Assembly: GCF_039595935.1 (NCBI RefSeq)
Contig: NZ_JBCNKR010000006.1
Span: 1,693,284 to 1,757,283, forward strand
DNA: 64,000 nt
Direction of reading: 5' to 3'
Source: Flavobacterium sp.
Lineage (GTDB): Bacteria > Bacteroidota > Bacteroidia > Flavobacteriales > Flavobacteriaceae
This document shows positions 57,758-64,000 of the stretch, piece after piece. How positions within the stretch are numbered: position 1 is the stretch's first letter; each line of letters begins with the position of its first letter. Both the position numbers and the translations under genes were made by a program. The notes below the pieces were generated by a model. The model was given only the letters and a program-made list of their open reading frames with translations, searched no databases and was not told the origin of the DNA.

Positions 57758-57824
57758 AAAATTGAATTTGTTATTGTCATTGATATTATCATTGGAATTT
57801 GGGATTTAAAAAATTGAAATTTAT

Positions 57825-59168
57825 TTATTGAATCCTGTATTCTTCCAGTTTTCTATACAAAGTCGCAATCCCAATTTCCAGCAATCTGGCCGTTTCAGCC
57901 TTATTTCCTTTTGTATAATTTAAAACCTTTTGAATATGCAGTTTCTCAATACTCTGCATTGAGAAAGCCGACATTGGTTTCGAATTATTTTCGCTTTGAT
58001 GCTGCATTTCATAAGGTAAAACATCAGCAGTTAAAATATCTCCACTGCTCAAAATAACCGATCTTTCGATTACATTTTTAAGCTCACGTATATTTCCAGG
58101 CCAGGAATAATTTTCTAATTTCTGAAGAAAATCATCTGCAATCTGTAAAGCTTTTTTATTTGTTTTTTCAGAAAATTGCTTGACGTAATAATTCGCCAAT
58201 AGCGGAATATCTTTAACTCTTTCTCGTAGAGAAGGCAGTTTGATTTCGAAGATATTCAAACGGAAATACAAATCAGAGCGAAAACGATGTTCGTCGCTTT
58301 CTGTTTTTAAATCACGATTTGTGGCGGCAATTAATCTGAAATTTGACTTTTTCGGAGTCGTATCACCAACGGGAATATATTCAGAAGTTTCTAAAACACG
58401 CAATAATTTTGCTTGCAGGTCAATCGGCATTTCGCCAATTTCATCCAGAAATAAAGTGCCGCCATTGGCTTCTTCGATAAAACCTTTTTTATCTTTTACA
58501 GCTCCCGTAAAAGCACCTTGTTTATGACCAAAAAGTTCGCTTTCCAAAATTTCTTTACTGAAAGTACTGCAGTTCAACGCCACAAAAGATTTTCCCGCAC
58601 GATTACTGTTTTCGTGAATTGCCTGCGCAAAAACTTCTTTTCCGGTTCCGGTTTCACCAGTTAATAAAACGGTCGAATCGGTTTTGGCGACTTTTTGTGC
58701 CAGATCAATTACTTGTTCGATTCCTTTTGATTTACCTATAATAGTAGAAAAAGAATATTTATCATTAATGCGTTTTTCTAACTGCTGTACTTTTTTCTGC
58801 AGTTGCACTTTTTCGACAGCTTTATAAAGAAGCGGAATAATTTTATCATTATCATCGCCTTTTACGATATAATCAAAAGCGCCATTTTTCATCGCCTGAA
58901 CGCCGTCTGGAATATTTCCAAAAGCGGTCAGTAAAACAACTTCAGTTAAAGGAAAACTGCTTTTTATATTTTGAAGAAAATCAACACCGTTTCCGTCAGG
59001 GAGTTTTACATCACACAAAACCACATCAATTTCGGTTTGTTCCAGTTTTTTAAAACCAGATTTTAAATCTTTCGCTTCAAAAACTTCAAATCCTTCCGAT
59101 TTTATAATTCGTGCCAGCAGACTTCTCAGTTTTTCTTCGTCGTCTATAATTAAAATTTTGTGTGTCAT
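57825..59168 (-). CDS. sigma-54-dependent NtrC-type response regulator (REC + AAA+ + Fis-type HTH)
   Basis: 447 aa; receiver DVVLCDVKLPDG, Walker A GETGTGKE, GAFTGA sigma-54 contact loop, C-terminal HTH. Confidence 0.9.
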   Translation of the reverse strand: MTHKILIIDDEEKLRSLLARIIKSEGFEVFEAKDLKSGFKKLEQTEIDVVLCDVKLPDGNGVDFLQNIKSSFPLTEVVLLTAFGNIPDGVQAMKNGAFDYIVKGDDNDKIIPLLYKAVEKVQLQKKVQQLEKRINDKYSFSTIIGKSKGIEQVIDLAQKVAKTDSTVLLTGETGTGKEVFAQAIHENSNRAGKSFVALNCSTFSKEILESELFGHKQGAFTGAVKDKKGFIEEANGGTLFLDEIGEMPIDLQAKLLRVLETSEYIPVGDTTPKKSNFRLIAATNRDLKTESDEHRFRSDLYFRLNIFEIKLPSLRERVKDIPLLANYYVKQFSEKTNKKALQIADDFLQKLENYSWPGNIRELKNVIERSVILSSGDILTADVLPYEMQHQSENNSKPMSAFSMQSIEKLHIQKVLNYTKGNKAETARLLEIGIATLYRKLEEYRIQ

Positions 59169-59218
59169 TTTGCAGATAAGCTAAAACCGAATTGGTATTT
59201 TGATGTACAAATTTAGTT

Positions 59219-61657
59219 TTAAATCGATTTCCTTTTTGGATTCAGTGGAAATTCTTGTGAAAATTCAATTTTCAAAATCGTTCCGTTATTATTTTCCATA
59301 GTCAGTTTTCCGTCAATATCATCGCTCAAACCTCTTATTAAGCTCATTCCGAAAGAGTTTGCTTTTTTATCGTTGAGGTTAGGATCAAAACCAATTCCGT
59401 TATCAGAAATCGTCAATTTATATTGATTTTCTGCAACAGCTTCAAGTGTTATGTAAATCATTCCGGTTCGGTCATCTGGAAAAGCATATTTAATCGAATT
59501 GGTAATGGCTTCATTTAAGATTAATCCAAGCGGAACGGCCTGCGCCACATCTAATTCCAGCGGATCGACTTTTACTTCAAAACGTATTCTTTGTCCAAGC
59601 GAAAAAGAGTCTCTTAAATATTCAACTAATTCCTTAATATAATTCGGCATATTAATCGTCGAAATATTCTCTGAATTATACAATTTTTGATGAATCAAGG
59701 ACATTGAATGAATCCTGTGCTGACTATTTTTAATTGCTGATAATGCCATATCATTTTCTAAATAAGCTGATTGTGAATTAAGCAGACTAATCACGGTTTG
59801 CAGATTATTTTTTACACGATGATGAATTTCCTTCAACAACCATTCTTTTTCCTCAAGTAAATGTCGCAGGTTTGCATTGGCTTTGCTGATTTCTTTTTCT
59901 TTTAATTCTAATTTGACATTATTGCGTTGTTTTAAACGATAACGATTATACAGCAATCCAATCGTAATTAGCAGTAAAATCAAACTCCAAATAGAAACAC
60001 TATTAAGTAATTTTGATTTTTTTAAAGCAGTTTCTTTTAAGTTTGATTCTTGATTTAAGAGTTTGATTTTCTGTTCTTTATGTTTGGTTTCGTAATCAAT
60101 TTTAAGTTCCTCAATTTGTCTGTTTCTGTTAATACCACTGCTGGAATCACTAAGCTTTTTTACATTTCTGTAATGTTCCAAAGCACCAAGATAATTTCCG
60201 TTGAGAGAATCAATTTTATAGAGAGAATATTGGAAAATTTCTGAATCGTATGGTTTCTTGTTGTCTTTAGCAAGTTTAAAAACTTTACTAGCATAAAATT
60301 TCGCTTTTTCTTTATTGTTAGTATAAGCATAAAAATATGACATCGTTGCATAAGCATGAATTACTTCTCTAAAAGTTTCAGGCGTATTTAATTGTTTGGC
60401 GTAAGAATCCATTTCGATAAAATATTTTTCTGCTAAGTCATATTTTTTCAAAGGGGCATAACAATTTGCTTTCGCATATGCTACCAGCATTTTATCAAAA
60501 GTTCTTTTAGGCGGAAAATCAGCAGTAACTGTGTTGATGTAAGCAAGTGCTTCCTTGTTCTTTTTCTTTAACGATAAGGCCGCAACAGCACTTAAAAAAC
60601 TTTTGTACCAAACACCACTGTCTAAATTCTGGCGTCCAATTTTTATACTTTTTTTGTATAATTCGAGCGCTTCTTCGTTATGTCCATACATATTATATAC
60701 ATCGCCCAGACGAGTGTAAAAGATTTCGCCAAAAGTATAATCGTTCTCAGTTTCCATTCGTTTTACACTTTTTAAAGCATAGTATAAAGCACTTTGTATA
60801 TTGTGCTGTCCTAGTTCAATAAAAACTAGAGTCGTTTCTGCATACTGCTCATGTGTAAAACCAATTTTTCGTAAATCGACTAAATTTTGATACAGCCTTT
60901 TTTTGGCTTCATTTATTTTTCCTGTCCAGAAATAAATGGTTGTAATCTTCATGTAATTTTCGATTCTCTTTTCTTCCATTTTTAAAGAAGCATAAATAGA
61001 AACTACTTCCTGCAGAATTTTTTCTTTTTCAGGATCTAAATTGAACAGAAGTGTTCCATAAGCATCAAGAACTTCGGCAAGACTTTTTTTGTCGGCTTGT
61101 TTTCGGCACTCGTCTATAACCTGTAAAAATATTTTTTTGCCTTCGGCTTGATTATTCGCCTGATAATAATATTTGCCTAAAAGGATCAAACTTTGTTGCT
61201 GCCATTTTTTATTTTTAAGCTGATTACTGGTCTTCACTGCATCGTCAATATAAGTTTTGGCATTTTGAAGATCTTCTGGTTTTGTTCCGGGTTTAAAAAG
61301 ATAAAAATTTCCTAATTGTAATACTAACTTGATTCTGTCTTCTCCTTTTGTTTTAGCCAGAAGTTTTTTAACCGAATTAATATCCTCTTTTTCTATTAAA
61401 TCTTTTCCAATAAGATACGAGCCATCATTCAAACCTTCATCATAAGCCAAAGAAACAGGAAGTTTATAAGCTTTGCAGGCTACCACAACCGAACTGTCTA
61501 CGTCAATAGCACCTTGGTTAGCATTAAACAAATAGATAGAACAGGCATTTATTAATAATCTCTTTTTGGCTAGATCGTATTTGGCAACGGCAGGAGATAA
61601 CTGCCCAAATGAAGTGTAACTTATAAGTAAAATTAAATAGAAAACGATTCGTTTCAT
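59219..61657 (-). CDS. TPR-repeat sensor histidine kinase, HisKA_2 type
   Basis: 812 aa; signal peptide, long TPR-like region, one TM helix, coiled coil, H-box EIHHRVKNNLQ, HATPase (NSIKYAF, DNGIGF). Confidence 0.8.
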   Translation of the reverse strand: MKRIVFYLILLISYTSFGQLSPAVAKYDLAKKRLLINACSIYLFNANQGAIDVDSSVVVACKAYKLPVSLAYDEGLNDGSYLIGKDLIEKEDINSVKKLLAKTKGEDRIKLVLQLGNFYLFKPGTKPEDLQNAKTYIDDAVKTSNQLKNKKWQQQSLILLGKYYYQANNQAEGKKIFLQVIDECRKQADKKSLAEVLDAYGTLLFNLDPEKEKILQEVVSIYASLKMEEKRIENYMKITTIYFWTGKINEAKKRLYQNLVDLRKIGFTHEQYAETTLVFIELGQHNIQSALYYALKSVKRMETENDYTFGEIFYTRLGDVYNMYGHNEEALELYKKSIKIGRQNLDSGVWYKSFLSAVAALSLKKKNKEALAYINTVTADFPPKRTFDKMLVAYAKANCYAPLKKYDLAEKYFIEMDSYAKQLNTPETFREVIHAYATMSYFYAYTNNKEKAKFYASKVFKLAKDNKKPYDSEIFQYSLYKIDSLNGNYLGALEHYRNVKKLSDSSSGINRNRQIEELKIDYETKHKEQKIKLLNQESNLKETALKKSKLLNSVSIWSLILLLITIGLLYNRYRLKQRNNVKLELKEKEISKANANLRHLLEEKEWLLKEIHHRVKNNLQTVISLLNSQSAYLENDMALSAIKNSQHRIHSMSLIHQKLYNSENISTINMPNYIKELVEYLRDSFSLGQRIRFEVKVDPLELDVAQAVPLGLILNEAITNSIKYAFPDDRTGMIYITLEAVAENQYKLTISDNGIGFDPNLNDKKANSFGMSLIRGLSDDIDGKLTMENNNGTILKIEFSQEFPLNPKRKSI

Positions 61658-61864
61658 AACAGGTTAAAAATTAGTTTTTTGGATTGGTTTTGATAAGCAA
61701 ATATAGAAAGAAAGAAGCCTGACTTTTTTAAAAAATATCAAGAAAATTCACATTAAATATGATTTTTTTGGTATAAAATTTTCAAAATACTGAAATTACT
61801 GGTGTTATTTAACTAATTTTATGCCAGATAATTATAAAAATATAATATTACAAATACTACATTT

Positions 61865-63841
61865 ATGGGAACTGTGTCTGATATAAGCACCCAATCTGAA
61901 AAAAGTGACCTACAAAAACAAATTTTAATTGTTGAAGATCAGTTTATTGAAGCACATGATCTGCAATTAATTCTTGAAAAAGCGAATTATAATGTTATCG
62001 GAATTGTACGTTCTGTAGATCAGGCTTTGGAAGTAATTCAGGCCCAAAAACCAGATTTGGTATTTGTTGATATTATGCTGAAAGGAAGCCAAAGCGGAAT
62101 TGATCTTGCCCATATTTTAAAAGAAAAAAACATTGGTTTTATTTTTGTCTCGGCCAATTCGAGCAAAAGAATTTTAGATCAGGCCAAAACTACGCATCCG
62201 TACGGATTTATTGTAAAACCATTTAGAGATCAGGATATTTTAACGACGCTGGAAATTGCTTTTTACAGACAAAAATACAGTCTGGAATCGCAGTTAATGC
62301 AGCAGTTAGAATTAAAAAATGAAATTACTCAGTTAATCAATTCTACCCTGAAACTGGAAGATGCTTTATTGTCTTTTGCAAAAATCATTCAGACATTTAT
62401 TTCTTTTGATTATCTCGAAACCGGATTTATCAATCCGGATCAATACACAAATCTGGGTATCGTTAGAAAAAACATAGATCAATATCAGATTATTGGTGTA
62501 GAAAAGCTTTCGCAGATTGCCCAAATATCAGTTCAGGAATTAAATGAAACGTATATAAAATCTCAGATTGATATAAAACCTATTATTTACAGCGAAGAAT
62601 CGCTGATTAATAATTTTCAGGCAGCGCCTATAAAAGGGATTATTTCGCATAATTTCGGTATCAAATCATATTTGGTTTTCCCACTTTCTATTAGCGCATC
62701 GCAACGTTTCTGTTTTACTTTTTACAGCCGTAATTTTAATGTATATTCAGATGAAAACCTGAAATTATTATCAAATCTTGAAAATGTTTTTTCTCAGTTT
62801 ATTTCTCGTTTTTATTCGGCTGAGCCAATAGTTAGTACCGAACCAAAAGAAATATCAGTTCGAAAAGAAAAAACAGAAAATATAAAATCTGGTTTTGAGG
62901 GTATAATTGGCAACAGTTCGCAAATGGTAACGGTTTTTAATTATATTAAAAAAGTAGCGCCGTCAGATACTTCGGTTTTAATTTTAGGTGAAAGCGGAAC
63001 CGGAAAAGAAAAAATCGCCAAAAGCATACACGATTTATCACCACGAAAAGATAAACCATTAATTATTATAAATTGCGGAGCCATTCCTGAAAACCTTGCT
63101 GAATCATTACTTTTTGGACATGAAAAAGGCGCTTTTACCGGAGCGACAGATAAACGTATCGGGAAATTTGAACTCGCAAATGGAGGAACTATTTTCTTAG
63201 ATGAAATAGGAGAGATGCCTCTGGAACTTCAGGTAAAATTATTACGTGTACTTCAGGAAAGAGAAATTGAACGTGTCGGCGGATTAATGCCGATAAAAAT
63301 TGATGTTCGCATTATTGCAGCAACCAATAAAAATCTGGAAGAAGAAGTAGCAGCGGGACGTTTTAGAATGGATTTATATTATCGTCTGCATGTTTTCCCG
63401 ATTATGGTTCCTTCATTAAAAAAACGAAAAGAAGACATTCCTGAATTGGCAGATCATTTTATAAAAATCTACAGCGAAAGAATGAACCGAAAAACGCCTG
63501 TACTTTCAGACAATGCTTTACAGCAGATAATGAATTATGACTGGCCGGGAAATATTAGAGAATTAGAACACCTTATTCAGCGCACGATTTTGCTTACCGA
63601 AGGAAATACGATTAAAAATATCGAATTTTCACCTTCATCTAAAATACATGCTCAGCAAAACACAGATTCATTTTCGATAAAAACAATCATGGAAAACGAA
63701 CGCGACTATATTTTATATATCTTGAAAAAATGCAACGGAAAAATTTCAGGAGCGGGCGGAGCAGCCGAAATTCTGGATATTCATCCTTCGACCTTAAATT
63801 CTAAAATCAAGAAATTAGAAATTAAAAGAGAGATCAGTTAA
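61865..63841 (+). CDS. sigma-54-dependent activator with receiver and unassigned (GAF-like?) central domain
   Basis: 658 aa; REC (LVFVDIML), about 180-aa unassigned middle, [15 protein letters not shown]-terminal HTH. Confidence 0.85.
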   Translation: MGTVSDISTQSEKSDLQKQILIVEDQFIEAHDLQLILEKANYNVIGIVRSVDQALEVIQAQKPDLVFVDIMLKGSQSGIDLAHILKEKNIGFIFVSANSSKRILDQAKTTHPYGFIVKPFRDQDILTTLEIAFYRQKYSLESQLMQQLELKNEITQLINSTLKLEDALLSFAKIIQTFISFDYLETGFINPDQYTNLGIVRKNIDQYQIIGVEKLSQIAQISVQELNETYIKSQIDIKPIIYSEESLINNFQAAPIKGIISHNFGIKSYLVFPLSISASQRFCFTFYSRNFNVYSDENLKLLSNLENVFSQFISRFYSAEPIVSTEPKEISVRKEKTENIKSGFEGIIGNSSQMVTVFNYIKKVAPSDTSVLILGESGTGKEKIAKSIHDLSPRKDKPLIIINCGAIPENLAESLLFGHEKGAFTGATDKRIGKFELANGGTIFLDEIGEMPLELQVKLLRVLQEREIERVGGLMPIKIDVRIIAATNKNLEEEVAAGRFRMDLYYRLHVFPIMVPSLKKRKEDIPELADHFIKIYSERMNRKTPVLSDNALQQIMNYDWPGNIRELEHLIQRTILLTEGNTIKNIEFSPSSKIHAQQNTDSFSIKTIMENERDYILYILKKCNGKISGAGGAAEILDIHPSTLNSKIKKLEIKREIS

Positions 63842-63857
63842 TTTGTTTAAAAAATAA

Positions 63858-64000
63858 TCAAGTAACCTTCTCAATCCATTTTGCCGTACACTCGGCTACT
63901 TCCTGCCATTCGGGCTGAAGAATTACAAAATGATTTTTGCTTGCAAATTCCTTGTAACAAGTTATCGAATGCACGTTTCTATGTTTTTTGAAATTCCATA
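63858..64000 (-). CDS. C-terminal fragment of a possible alpha/beta hydrolase (gene continues beyond the window)
   Basis: Hand translation ...KNHFVILQPEWQEVAECTAKWIEKVT-stop is open to the window edge; resembles the His-containing C-terminus of alpha/beta hydrolases. Confidence 0.35.
   Translation of the reverse strand, partial: WNFKKHRNVHSITCYKEFASKNHFVILQPEWQEVAECTAKWIEKVT

Noticed and set aside
1-64000. Searched the whole window for phage-defence or mobile-element hallmarks: Cas genes and CRISPR arrays, restriction-modification, reverse transcriptase/retron, toxin-antitoxin pairs, transposases, phage integrase with att sites.
   Set aside because: No ORF shows the corresponding motifs. 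The repeats present are palindromic word elements without spacers. The only tyrosine recombinase is in a housekeeping context.

Overview
AT-rich chromosomal segment that looks like a Flavobacterium-type (Bacteroidota) genome. Supporting signs are TAnnTTTG -7 promoter boxes 20-35 nt upstream of start codons, no Shine-Dalgarno signals, and typical gene order and protein sequences. The taxon is inferred; no search was run.

1-20.3 kb is core: rpsU, a Xer-type recombinase, hpf, then tRNA-Thr/Tyr/Thr-tuf-tRNA-Trp-secE-nusG-rplKAJL-rpoBC and a DUF3467 gene.

20-40 kb holds prfC, a GH13 amylase lipoprotein, a SurA-like PPIase, a MoxR ATPase, tandem aconitases (AcnB plus an AcnA-type), a LysM/NlpC-P60 hydrolase, a histidine kinase/receiver pair, an amino acid permease and two orphan secreted proteins.

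Two regions deserve follow-up:
- 40.4-45.8 kb: an SOS-like cassette. A CI/XRE-HTH + S24 autoprotease repressor is divergent from umuD-umuC-(epsilon exonuclease::GIY-YIG fusion)-alkB. A 25-27 nt motif is shared between the divergent promoter and the exonuclease gene leader.
- 47.3-63.8 kb: a run of about 14 kb on one strand. It reads TPR-HisKA_2 kinase, sigma-54 NtrC-type regulator, 93-aa ORF, two micro-peptides (one is KdpF), kdpA, kdpB, kdpC, porin, then a split KdpD (sensor part and kinase part as separate genes). A promoter-bearing four-helix-bundle (23S rRNA IVS-protein family) gene is inserted antisense between kdpA and kdpB. A second sigma-54 activator is divergent at the right edge.

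Almost every intergenic junction in the right third carries a different long, often nested, inverted-repeat element built from short recurring words.

I found no CRISPR array, transposase, reverse transcriptase or recognisable phage-defence genes. I cannot support a wholly new system. The best candidates are the damage cassette with its putative operator, the antisense four-helix-bundle cassette, and the repeat-saturated kdp locus. All family assignments come from reading motifs by eye and need HMM or BLAST confirmation.
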